Both the position numbers and the translations under genes were made by a program. The notes under the pieces are model-generated. The model did not search any database, was not told the origin of the DNA, and saw only the letters and a list, made by a program, of their open reading frames with translations. From positions 11,925,872 through 11,989,871 of the forward strand of contig JAHRHZ010000099.1 of NCBI GenBank assembly GCA_024137785.1: a stretch of DNA of 64,000 nucleotides, in the 5' to 3' direction. Shown here piece by piece: positions 51,893-62,980 of this stretch (its first letter is position 1; each line of letters begins with the position of its first letter). The stretch is from Ginglymostoma cirratum (lineage: Eukaryota).

Positions 51893-53600
51893 CCCGGGAA
51901 TCAAATGGAACGTCGTCAGATCGCAAGCTCCAGCGGCGGAGACTGGTGGTGCTCAGAGCGACTTTTTCTCGTCAGGATATACTCACAGATCAGAGAGGCG
52001 ATATTACGGTTAAAAAAAACCGAAAAGTGATACGAGACGCTAGTTACAGCTCGACGTCAGCAGCCTGGCGCCAAGCGCCCTTAAACATGTGCGTCAAAAA
52101 TGCAATGTTACAAGAGCTAATCACTTTAGATGTTCCGCTCCTATCTCCGTGCATTTAGCCGATGTGATTGCTTCTCAGTTCAACTTTTTTTTTATCCCCC
52201 AGCGCTCTCAGAAAGGGAGAGAGAAGGGAGAAGGCACCGTCCTTTCCACTTGAAACTGCAGCAGCCCTTTAGGCGCCATGTCCTCATAATTAAATCACCT
52301 CGTTAAAATGAAGCTTTTCTTTACAAAAAATGTTGTTGAAAGCATTGCCAAGAAACAAATAAAATGAAGACACTGGACATCTCAAGGCTTTGTCCTTTTC
52401 TTCTGCCACCCCCTCCCCCCACCAACAACCCAAATTAAAATGCAGAGATGGTTTATCCTCTGCAGGCCGGGGAAGGGGTGGGGTGTAGAGTGGAGGACGA
52501 GACGGGGGAAAGTCTCGATACACTGACCACCCCCACCCCCGCGCGAATCAACAATGAATGTACATGAATGCTCATCGCTGGCATTGGAAGGCGGCAGATC
52601 AGTGTGAAGGGAGGAGTGATGTGGCGGAGATTGCATATAACGGCGAGAATGAGACAGATTGGGCTGAGACTCAGCTTGCCTCTGGACACACGCATGATCT
52701 TTCCTCCGTCTGGTTTCCTGGGGGTCGATGGTGGCTGAAGCCACCTGAGGCGGGCCCTGCGCCTTTCCATTGGCTGGTGTTCCCACCCCCACCCCGCCAA
52801 CCACATTAGTAACTCCCACCCCCTCCCTCTCTAATGATGTTGACATATTCACACGGCTGAAGCAGTGATCCTCGCTGTACGTTACCGTTTCCGACACCTT
52901 CTTTTTATAACTCATCTATCCCCGGCTTTACTTGTCAAAACCACGCCTATGGAGCCACACAATTGGTCCGAAAGCGTCAAATAGCCAATCAACAGTGCTC
53001 AGCTATTCGCAATACGCACACATACACACACACATACAGAAAGATCGGACTTGACTGTTTGGGGAGATGCGTCTCTGCTGTGCCACCTCCAGCCAGTCTT
53101 ACTTTCAGTTTATCTGAAAAGCGAAGAACACAATAATATTAATAATGATGCGCTTGTAAGCGGCAGTGCGACAGAGATCCGGGGAGTGGATGAATTTACC
53201 GATGAGAGAGCCAGTTATTCCGGGGACAAGCATGGCTTATCATCCGTTCTTACCTCACCGGGCACCGGACTTTGCGATGAGTGCTGTGCTGGGACAGCAG
53301 CCTCCTTTCTTCCCGGCTCTGGCCCTGCCTCCGACCGGCTCGGCCGCTCTCAGTCTCTCCGCCGGACTAGGCAAGCCCGTTATGGATCAGCTTGTAGGCG
53401 CAGGTGAGGCCGGAATCGCTCTGTCTGCAATGGGCCACCAGCCCTCGCATCTGAGGCCTCTTAAGACTCTGGAGCCCGAGGAAGAAGTGGAAGACGATCC
53501 GAAAGTTATACTCGAAGCGAAAGATTTGTGGGATCAGTTTCACAAGTGTGGCACTGAAATGGTTATCACCAAATCTGGAAGGTACAGTGAATTTTTCCCT
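51880..53600. promoter_or_regulatory. CpG-rich promoter / 5' UTR region of tbx3
   Basis: High CpG and GC content directly upstream of and over exon 1. CCAAT/ATTGG boxes at 52658, 52769, 52962 and 52985; CACCC/GC boxes at 52470-52540 and 52785-52825. The TSS cannot be fixed from sequence alone. Confidence 0.7.
53190..53581 (+). CDS. tbx3: tbx3 coding exon 1 (N-terminus and start of T-box, ...[23 protein letters not shown])
   Basis: ATG at 53190; donor AG|GTACAG with GT at 53582; phase 2. Confidence 0.94.
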
Positions 53601-54646
53601 GCAAGATGCAAATGCCTGCCTCACTGATTAGAAAACATTCGAGCCTTTTTGATATCCAACCTTGATTAGCTTTGACAACACGATAAATATATATTTTAGC
53701 AGGTTGTAGGATCAAATAGGCAAAATAGATTTATTTGAAAATAGCGGCCAGATATATTCGCGTGTGATCTGTCAATGGTTCTTTTTTTAAATAACATGCC
53801 CATTTTGCTGAAATAGTTTTTCTCCATAAATACAGTCACTTGTTCAGTGAAATAGCACACCGTCTTCAAACCTTTTATTCTCTTCCTTGCTTTCTAAGAT
53901 GAGACATCGCCAGACTAACAAGGGCACAAGCTCGATCAAATATTTGGCTTTAATAAGTACTAATGATATTAGTCGAAATAGCTTATTCTTTATGAGAGGG
54001 GAGGTCACATGGGATCGGTAGAGGGCCGGTTGATGAAACTGACTTAGTTGGAAGTTTTATTCATCCATTCATTTGATCTGAGTAACGACAGGAGAACACT
54101 CAGTCGCCTTACATATAAGATGTACCGACTGCAGAGTTTAAGGTTCCAAACCACTACATAAGATTGAAGGGTCGACTGTGCGTGTGTACCGGGGGTGGGG
54201 GCCTTGCAAATATTCGCGGGCTGAGGGGTAACGCACAGTAGATTATTTTCACGACACCTGCGATGGTAGTATTTTAATTCACGCAGATTTTTTTTTTCAA
54301 TTGCACCCTATTGTTGTTTATAAATCGTAAACGTTGAGTTAGCCGCGGCCTTATCCAGGTAATCATTGCATATAATGCCTTCGGCAAGGGTTGAATCATC
54401 CTTGTCAGAATTTTGAAACGTTGAAGTATAAGCTAAAATGTCTCCAGTTAGATGTTACTGTGTCACTAGTTTAGGCCTGCATTATTTAAAAAAAGTAGAG
54501 CTTTTAAAAAAAAATGCAAACATTAACTACTTCTAACAAGGAACATTGTTGCTGCTTTACAACACTTCAATAGCCTACCAGAGACTGAAATGTTTCATGC
54601 ACCAAATGCCTGGGAATCAGAGGCTCCAGTCTCAGAAATAGTATAG

Positions 54647-55033
<387 letters not shown>

Positions 55034-55719
55034 TAATATACAATTCTTTCAATGATTTAAAAACAATATATAGGAAGCACGGCGATATATGTTTACTTTA
55101 GCCGCGGTCGGCTAAAATAATATTTTCTCCATCAGAAGTTAAAAGATATAGCACCAAATCCTGTTGCCATGAGGATTTTTCCGCTTTGTTTTGTATTTTC
55201 TGTGGATCATGACTTGTATTCTGCTAACCTGAGGTATTGTGTAGATCGGCCATTTTAAGTATCTGGAATTGCAAGTATTTGATCGTTTGGATCATATTTT
55301 TACAATTTTCTACGGCATTGAAAATGATAAAGCCTTAATCACATGTCAACTTTCTCTCTCAATTTTCAGTTTGTAAATTTCGCAGTAATGTCCAATGGCT
55401 TGTAGTGGAAAATATTTGCAAACTAACACACTTTGGCAAATCTGCAATGTATATGTATCATGCTCGCTGGAGAGAAAAAAATGCAGCCACTGTGATAACA
55501 ATGACCATTGCAGTTGCTCCGTTAGTTAAAGCATTTTAATATGGCATTCAAAAGCAGTATACTAAATAAATGAAAATTATTTATACTTATTTACTAGTCA
55601 CTTGCTACTTGTGACTGCATTTTCAGTTAAAATCAGGCATGTCAGTATTTGAATTATCTTGCCGGTTTGATTAATACATATATTTCTGGGGAAGAATTAC
55701 AGACATATTTCTAGATATA

Positions 55720-55747
55720 ATATATATATAGATAGATAGATAGATAG
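55720..55747 (+). repeat. compound (TA)n(GATA)n microsatellite in intron 2
   Basis: atatatatatagatagatagatagatag. Confidence 0.85.
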
Positions 55748-56062
55748 GCATTATATATTTCCAAATCAGGTGGCATTAACTTTCTAAGTCTTCAAGCAGT
55801 AGGCGAGGCCATAGTGCAAATCTTATCACACTGTCAGCTGTTCACACTCCTTCTGAACTCTTGTCCTTTCATGGGGGATCTTCTCCACTGGATATTAGTT
55901 TATATTATTGCTGGTCAACTATTAATATGTAGCGTGCGATTAAGAAGTAAAATTATACAATACTGACATTAGCAGGAACCTGGCTAAGTTAGGAAGAGTC
56001 ATATCATCTGCGCAACTGCACTCGCGTTGTTGAGTTGTAATTCCTTGATTTATTCTTTTTAG

Positions 56063-56209
56063 ACTATTTTAAACTCCATGCACAAGTATCAGCCCAGATT
56101 TCACATTGTTCGTGCGAACGACATTTTGAAACTTCCTTACAGTACTTTCAGAACATATGTGTTCCCTGAAACAGAGTTCATTGCGGTCACCGCATATCAA
56201 AATGATAAG
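56063..56209 (+). CDS. tbx3: tbx3 coding exon 3 (T-box, [16 protein letters not shown]...TAYQNDK)
   Basis: Acceptor ttctttttag|; donor AAG|GTGAGT; 147 nt; phase 0/0. Confidence 0.97.
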
Positions 56210-57682
56210 GTGAGTAAGAAAAAAGTAACTTCTTTATTTGCAGCAAAGCAGTGTGTCTTACACGGATTTTGATCTATCTACAGATGTACTGTAGTTATTG
56301 TCATTAGAGTCAAAACTTGAAGCCTTGGTGAAACTTCCTTTATTGTTTGTAGGCCACTTCTTTAGTTCATTCTGATCAAGCCTATTTTAATTGGAAATTT
56401 CACTTAATCTGCAAGAAAGTTTGTTGAATATTCGGCACATCCTGGAGCTCATATAGATTTTATGGTTTGTGTTGGACTGTTGGTTTTGGCATGAGCTCGC
56501 TTATGCGGCACCTCTCCTGTACTCATATTTGTATAGGTTGTGGGTTTATGCCAGATGTGTTCTGCCAGGTAATAGGATTTAATCGATCCTGAACCTGTCA
56601 TTAAATTAGACATTTTTTAAAAAATCAAACAAGGCTTTTCGCACCGTTTACAGAAAATACAAGCTGTGGACGAGACTTTAAGTCACAATGTGTTACATGA
56701 GAGTATTTGGCTTAGTACAGGTATCAAAAGCCTCTGACGATGATCAGTTAATTATTGGTGATGGTTTCACGCAAATAGTTTTAAAGAACTCTTTTTGTGG
56801 GCATTTAACGCCTCATCAGACTTCTAGCTAGTCGGCTAACGTTATTGATAACAGCTAAGTCCACTGTCTGCAGTAAACTGATAATTTTTGGTTGGCGCAC
56901 AGTTGATCATGACGAGTCTCAGACAGAATAAAAACTGATTACTAAAAGGGTGTTAACATGATAAGTGAGATGGCGTTAACATTCTGGGTGTCTTGATGTT
57001 TCTTTGGTCTATTTCTATATCTTCCGTTACAATTGCACTGTTATCTTCAGTTCATTATTTAAATGACAATGGTTTCAGTCTCATTAAATTCTCGATTGAA
57101 GAGAAGACGAAAGCGGGCAATAAAGTTACTGTTGACTCACTGTCAACAGAGGGCAAGTTACAATGTTGACGCCAGACCAGTTTCACCCCCCACCCATGAA
57201 GTGCCTGCCTGTCTAACAGTCGCTCACACGCGGGTTAGCATGACACGGAGGTGCTTTATGCGGGGGCAAATCACTGGTTTTGAACTTTACATTCTCACAT
57301 GTAATAAAAGAAATACATTTGAGTCAAATACAGTAAAACCAAACCGTATATTTTTGCAATGTGTCTGTGTGCAATGGTGGCTTGAATTTTAATACGATAG
57401 AATTATAGCGAAAGAAATATAAGAAGTGCGGATCACAGTGAAGAATAATGGACCGTACTGAAGTATATAGTGCGGTGGCTGCTTTAACATAGTTTGACAT
57501 TTTATGCTGTAAATAACAATCAGAGATAATAGTATATTAGAAATCTAAATTCAGTGGTCACTGATTTCCGTCAGTGACTTGCGGCAGCGCAGTGTTCACC
57601 CCGCGAACTTCCTGTAAACATTATACTTGATGTTGTGTCGCAGAGCGATGAATATGATCAGACTTGCTATCTTCCCATCTAG

Positions 57683-57759
57683 ATAACCCAGTTAAAGATC
57701 GACAACAATCCATTCGCTAAAGGCTTTCGCGACACAGGAAATGGGAGAAGAGAGAAGAG
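57683..57759 (+). CDS. tbx3: tbx3 coding exon 4 (end of T-box, ITQLKIDNNPFAKGFRDTGNGRREK)
   Basis: Too short for the ORF track and translated by hand. Acceptor cttcccatctag|; donor AG|GTAAGT; 77 nt. Confidence 0.97.
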
Positions 57760-58168
57760 GTAAGTTTCAGTTCAACTTGAGTCTATTTGTCAATCGGGGC
57801 CTGGTTACGCTCATGATCCTAATCACCTTCTTGATGTGGACGCTGTCAAACTCTTGGTAACACGCAAAAAAGAGAAAATGAGGACTGCTTGTTGTTTGCT
57901 TGTTGCACTTTGCCACCGTGCAGTATCTTTCGTTTTATGTTTGATGTTCTGCCTGTTATTTTTAGAAAATGGGAAAAGGCTATCAGATTGTGAGCATGCC
58001 CACAGAGTAGTGCGGCTCAAATCATCACCTGATCCAACTTGAATAGTCTGGCTTCGCTTTGCTAGGGTGAAAGAAAACGGAAAATGACAAGGGCAGTTAT
58101 TTGATCGTCTTTTTAAAATAAAAACGCAAGTCATTGTCCTTCCCTTTTCTCCTTGTTGTTAAAAACAG

Positions 58169-58332
58169 AAAACAGTTAGCGATTCAATCGCTACGAGTCT
58201 ACGAGGAACAGCAGAAGGGGTCGAAAGAGAATGGGACATCGGACGATTCATCAAGCGAACAGCCGGCTTTCAAATGCTTCGGTCAATCCACGTCCCCCGC
58301 TGTCTCCACACCAGGAACCGCGAATCTAAAAG
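58169..58332 (+). CDS. tbx3: tbx3 coding exon 5 ([13 protein letters not shown]...[12 protein letters not shown]...TANLK)
   Basis: Acceptor aaacag| ends at 58168; donor AAG|GTTATT is weak; 164 nt keeps the frame into exon 6 and completes the RREKRK NLS-like stretch. Confidence 0.9.
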
Positions 58333-58744
58333 GTTATTATTTTGTTACCTACACAAGGGGCTTGTTTGTTCTTTTATATATAAGGCGTGACTAGGTTTGT
58401 GCCCATTAATTGGGTGTCTGTCTTGAAGATCCTTATCACCTCCCTCTGAGCCGAATAACTCAGGACAAGATAACACACTTTAGTTTCTACAGTCTCCCCA
58501 GTAGAACCGGGTGACCTAAAACCATGGCCACTTGTTTGATGCGTGCTGGATATTGTGTCGAATTTAATAGGTTTTAAATATCTTTAGGATTGGAAATTTC
58601 TCTGATCAGTGAAACAGTTTCTTACAGATCGGCGTCTTCCTTTTGTGTTTTTAAGGTACATGAATCAAAAAGCAGCCCCTCCCCTACCCCAAGAAAAATT
58701 AAGCGTTTTGATTTCTTGCAGCTAAATGATCATTGTCACTGTTA

Positions 58745-58839
58745 CAAAGATAGAAATTGCTGAAAGTACTCAGTAGGTCTGGCAGCATCTGTGGGGAGAA
58801 ATCAGAGTTAATGTTTCAGTTGAGTGACCCTTCCTCAGA
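58745..58839 (-). mobile_element. Penelope-derived hammerhead-like insertion in tbx3 intron 5 (antisense)
   Basis: 13-bp TSD ATTGTCACTGTTA at 58732-58744 and 58840-58852; minus strand CTGAGGA-A-GGGTCACTCAACT-GAAA-CATT-AACTCTG. Confidence 0.85.
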
Positions 58840-58988
58840 ATTGTCACTGTTAATGTTGCTGTAATCAGATTGATTAAAAAAAACTGGCAATTGCTATTTG
58901 GTTACCAGAAGTGCCACCATATTTATGCTGTTTCTTCTACATTTCAACAAATAAAGTAAAACAAAATAAAAAATGTACTGCTTTCCAG

Positions 58989-59653
58989 GTGCTCTACACA
59001 GTGATTATGAAGAGAGCGACCTCGATAGTAAAGATGAGCCCATCCAGGAGGGCGCTGACTGCGGGAAATTATCGGCCAGTAGCGAAGAGCGAAAGGAGGA
59101 AGCCACTTCTGCCAAATCTCACCCGCGCTCATTGGAAACTGTGAGTAGGATGAGAGAACAGGAAAACTCCAGGACTGAGAAGAACTCCAGGGAACCCCAG
59201 CGGAGCCCGACAAACCCATCGGCAAGCTCCCGAACCGTTAACGGAGAGAGCCCCGAGGTTAAAAGCCCGGCTAGAGACCACCAGCAGAAAGTGGAAGAAT
59301 CCAATGGGTTAAACAAGGAGTCCTATTCGCCGCTGACGGTGCAGACTGATGGGGTGTCGCACCTAAACCACGGACACTTACAAAACCTCGCCTTTTCTCA
59401 CAACTTATCGGGCCAGCACTTCTTCACCCCCGTGGGCGCAGGGCACCCTCTACTCTTGCACCCCAGCCAGTTTGCTATGGGTGGGGCATTTCCCAATATG
59501 GCAGCTGGGATGGGCCATTTGTTAGCCTCAATGTCCGGCTCGGCAAGCGGCATCAGTGGCCTGGACACGCTTGTTTCCTCACAGCAAGGACTACCCGCTG
59601 GGTCAGCGGCAACTCTCCCATTTCACCTCCAACAACATGTCCTGGCCTCTCAG
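58989..59653 (+). CDS. tbx3: tbx3 coding exon 6 (...SPLTVQTD...HPLLLHPSQFAMGGAF...LPFHLQQHVLASQ)
   Basis: Acceptor ctttccag|; donor CAG|GTACAA; 665 nt; contains motifs conserved in Tbx2/3. Confidence 0.93.
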
Positions 59654-60334
59654 GTACAACTCCATTCATCCTCCTCTTATTTACTGAGTTCTATAGAGGT
59701 CCTAATTCCGGTGTGACTAATACACGGTGGAAACTGGGGGGGTTACCTTTGTTTTATGTACTGATGTTTGCTGAAGAGAGAAAAAAAGTTAGAAACCAGG
59801 CTTCACCAACACAGAATGCACGAGTCACCTTTCCATTTAATGTAAAGGTTCAAACTTATTTCTTTTTTAAAACTGACAATGATTGTAAACGCCTGGCGAA
59901 TTAATACTTTAAAAATGCTTTTAGAAGTTCACTTTCAATGCAAAATTGAATCTTTTCGATCAGTTTAAAGTTCCCATTGATGGGAATCACTCCCACCTGA
60001 CTTTTGTCTCACTTCTCACATTTGTCTGAGCGAGATATTCTGCATTTCCAGTTGTAGTTACACTGCGTTATTTTGGCTGTCGGAAGCCACGCTATTTGAG
60101 TCCCCCAAAGTGTTTCTTTAACAGAAGTTGAGCGTGTTCTAAGGTGTCCTGTTATGATTTTGACTTTTTGATGGTGGTAAATCTTATACACGCCCTTGCA
60201 TTAGTCTGATCTTTGCTGGGCTACAATTTTATTGGACGCGGGAGTTCAGACAAATCAATCCATCACTTTTTTAAAATCGGTTACTGACGTGAGTTGTTGA
60301 AAACATAAACTGTCTTTTCTTGTTATTTTGACAG

Positions 60335-60784
60335 GGCCTTGCGATGTCACCTTTTGGTAGCCTGTTCCCCTACCCTTATACATACATGGCTGCTGCAGCC
60401 GCCGCCTCTATGCCCGGTGCAGTCCCATCATCAGTCGCGTCCTCTGCACATCGCCACCCGTTCCTCAGCGCAGTCAGACCTCGCTTGAGGTATAGCCCTT
60501 ACACGTTCCCCGTGCCCGGTATGGACAGTAGCAACTTGCTGACCACCGCCGTGCCTAGTCTGTCCAACCCCAGCGAGGCGAAGGTGAACGGTATGGCAAC
60601 CAGCCCGGTGTCAGCGGGCCTGGACTCCGGGTCGGAGGTAAACAGCAGGTCCTCGGGATCGGTCTCCGTGTCGCCGAAACAGTGCTCCGAGAAAGAAGCG
60701 CCCAACCAGCTCCAGAACATTCAACGCCTGGTCAGTGGACTAGAGAGCAAACAAGATCGGTCAACCCGGGGCAGCTCCCCTTGA
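60335..60784 (+). CDS. tbx3: tbx3 coding exon 7 ([25 protein letters not shown]...RPRLRYSPY...LVSGLE; repression domain region)
   Basis: Acceptor ttttgacag| ends at 60334; stop TGA at 60782-60784. Confidence 0.96.
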   Translation, partial: GLAMSPFGSLFPYPYTYMAAAAAASMPGAVPSSVASSAHRHPFLSAVRPRLRYSPYTFPVPGMDSSNLLTTAVPSLSNPSEAKVNGMATSPVSAGLDSGSEVNSRSSGSVSVSPKQCSEKEAPNQLQNIQRLVSGLESKQDRSTRGSSP

Positions 60785-61600
60785 TGGGAAGGTGATATAG
60801 AAAGGCCACAAAGGGCTTTGCATGTCACCCGCCTACATGCAGTCTTTTTTTTTAATGCTAGTGTAGAGCCTTGGTATTATCGAATTTCCCAAACTTAAAC
60901 AAACAATGAAAAGAAAAGTAGCCGTGAAGTGGAAGGGTTGCTGCAGATTCCTGGCACCAACAGTAGTTCTGGGTTGTAGATGTCAAATCTGCTTTTTACA
61001 TTTATGCAATAACAGAAAGAAACGGAGACTATTATAAAGTATTTATGTAATTATTTGATAACGTGTAAATATACTGAAATTAGAATACTCGAAATTATAC
61101 TTTAATTTATTGTTGTTGTACATACATCTGTATATAAGGCTCCAAGCCTTTCTTTGTTGGTTCAAACGCTTTTCAATACAACTTCTATTAACCAGAGTGC
61201 CGACACCGTTACTACTACTTTGCCCAGCAATGTGTTACCACGCTACTACATTTTAAAAAAATCCTTGTAGACCTGAGTACAAGATGTGCCATTTTTTTAA
61301 AGCTTTTCTCATTGTTTCAGTGTTAAAGTGCTACTGTCTTTACAGTTTAGAGTGGGGGGGGGGAACAACTCACCAGTTGCTTGAGAAGTAATGAAGACAC
61401 TTTCGGGGATTTCTTTCGTGTGTACAAATGAATGGAAATTTTATGCTTACAGCTTGAAAGTGTCGAGAGTTAAAAAAATAAATGAAGGTATATTTTGTGT
61501 TATAAAATGTTGAAAGTTCTTGGTTTTCTTGTACTATTTTTGTTTCGCTTTGAAGTTCTCAAAAATTTCAATAAATTTGTATCGAAGCCTTTGGTGCCAG
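60785..61600 (+). other. tbx3 3' UTR (approximate end)
   Basis: AU-rich and repeat-free; AATAAA at 61477-61482 and 61570-61575, the second followed by GT-rich sequence. Confidence 0.65.
61570..61575 (+). terminator. candidate polyadenylation signal AATAAA (alternative at 61477-61482)
   Basis: caATAAAtttg followed by U/GU-rich downstream sequence. Confidence 0.55.
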
Positions 61601-61839
61601 TTATTCCAGTCACGTTTCCAGTCTGTTGCACAGAGTCAGCGAAAGATAAGGTTGGCGTGGTCACTGTGCTTTTTGACAATTAATCAGGCCCTTTTATTGT
61701 TCACCAATATTGTTTCTACATGAAAATTCTCACGAGTGCTTTAATTAACCTGCCTGGCATCCTGCCCAAAGGTAATGCTGTTGTCACCTATCCTATTCTG
61801 ACATCGTCTCCCCATTATGACACGTTTTCTCCCTTCCTC

Positions 61840-62075
61840 CCCACTGTGTTAACCTGCTTCCCACTGTGTTACATAGCCTAATTCGCCAGTGTGTTATATA
61901 TCCTTCCCATTGTGTTAACCTTTTTCTCCACTGTTATGTGTCAATCCCCACTGTTATATAGCCCAATTCCGCAGTGCGTCTTACACTGCTTCCACTGTGT
62001 TACACACTTCGGCCCCTCCAGTGTTATATGCCTCAATTATTCCAATGTTAATTTCACTCCAATGTTACATAGCAT
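61840..62075 (+). repeat. degenerate minisatellite, ~20-24 bp unit with core CCA(C/G/T)TG(TG)TTA
   Basis: About 10 recurrences of ccactgtgtta / ccagtgtta / ccaatgtta just downstream of the 3' UTR. Confidence 0.8.
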
Positions 62076-62964
62076 TTATCCCTCCGTGTCAGAGATTGTT
62101 CGTCCCTCCAACACATTGCCGTAGAGAAAAACTTGTCAGCAGCACTAACCGATATATAATTTCTGCTCAGAAACTGGAACCCTTGATCCTCAACCCAATT
62201 TCTTCAGATGGTGAAAAATGTCCAATTGTGTTTTGAGAAAATAATATGTAAATGATGTTAATATTTCTAGCTGTACTTGGGTGATTTTTTTCCTCTATTT
62301 GGCGCCCTATAGTACTAGAAAGTCAAATAGCAAACACACACCTCCGGACACACCTCTATTTCCTGCTTTACAAAAAAATGAGATGCATACAACATTTTCG
62401 ATGCAACGCTTCTGCAATGGCAAAGTAGTTTGTCACCTAAAAGGAAGAAGGGTCGTTTCAAAATACAGTGGTCATATAGGAAATGCAAACATATGTAATG
62501 TCAGCCTCATGGAGAGAAGGGAAATCAGTGAAGCCAAAGGGCAGCCGGTCTGCGCTGTGCGTTGATTGTTTTCTTATTTATGATATGTAATTCACGCCGC
62601 AATTGGTTTCATTTGCAAACCAATTAAGGATCGTAACCTACGAGTGTTCAAGGAAACAGACGAAAACTAAGCCTACTGAGCAGAGATTCCCCTCCCCTTT
62701 CAAAAGGACAGGCTGCAGGAAAGGGGGAAAAATCAGAAATTAGCAGAACGTGAAGTGGAAATAATGTCTGCTGACCTGTTTACAGCGACGTTAATAAATA
62801 ACCAGCGCGGCGCTTGTGGATCAGTGTAAACAATGCAATACTACTTGGATTATCCTACCATATCACTCACCTGGCGCCTCCGCTGATCTGATCTGTGATT
62901 TCAGGAGTTGCAATCCAACCACCGCAGAGATGAATGATTACTCAGGATCCCTTCCCTGGTGACA

Positions 62965-62980
62965 GAGCGCCATCTAGGGG
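62965..62980 (-). promoter_or_regulatory. CTCF-like motif downstream of tbx3 (reverse orientation)
   Basis: Minus strand CCCCTAGATGGCGCTC. Confidence 0.6.

Noticed and set aside
51709-52158. 149-aa ORF upstream of tbx3
   Set aside because: Starts at TTG, includes a translated (GA)n microsatellite (RERERE) and has no recognisable similarity.
52382-52915. 177-aa antisense ORF over the promoter
   Set aside because: No recognisable domain; open frames are expected in GC-rich promoter sequence.
53166-53189. N-terminal extension MRQRSGEW in the ORF track
   Set aside because: Arises from a GTG start call; similarity to TBX3 begins at the ATG at 53190.
53051-53407. 118-aa ORF overlapping exon 1 in another frame
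   Set aside because: TTG start with no in-frame ATG; a shadow of the GC-rich exon.
53547-53549. Cys in FHKCGTEM where human TBX3 has Arg
   Set aside because: This position varies across T-box paralogues, so no functional claim is supported.
61840-62075. CRISPR-like appearance of spaced repeats
   Set aside because: Eukaryotic locus; units are short and degenerate, without unique constant-length spacers or cas genes.
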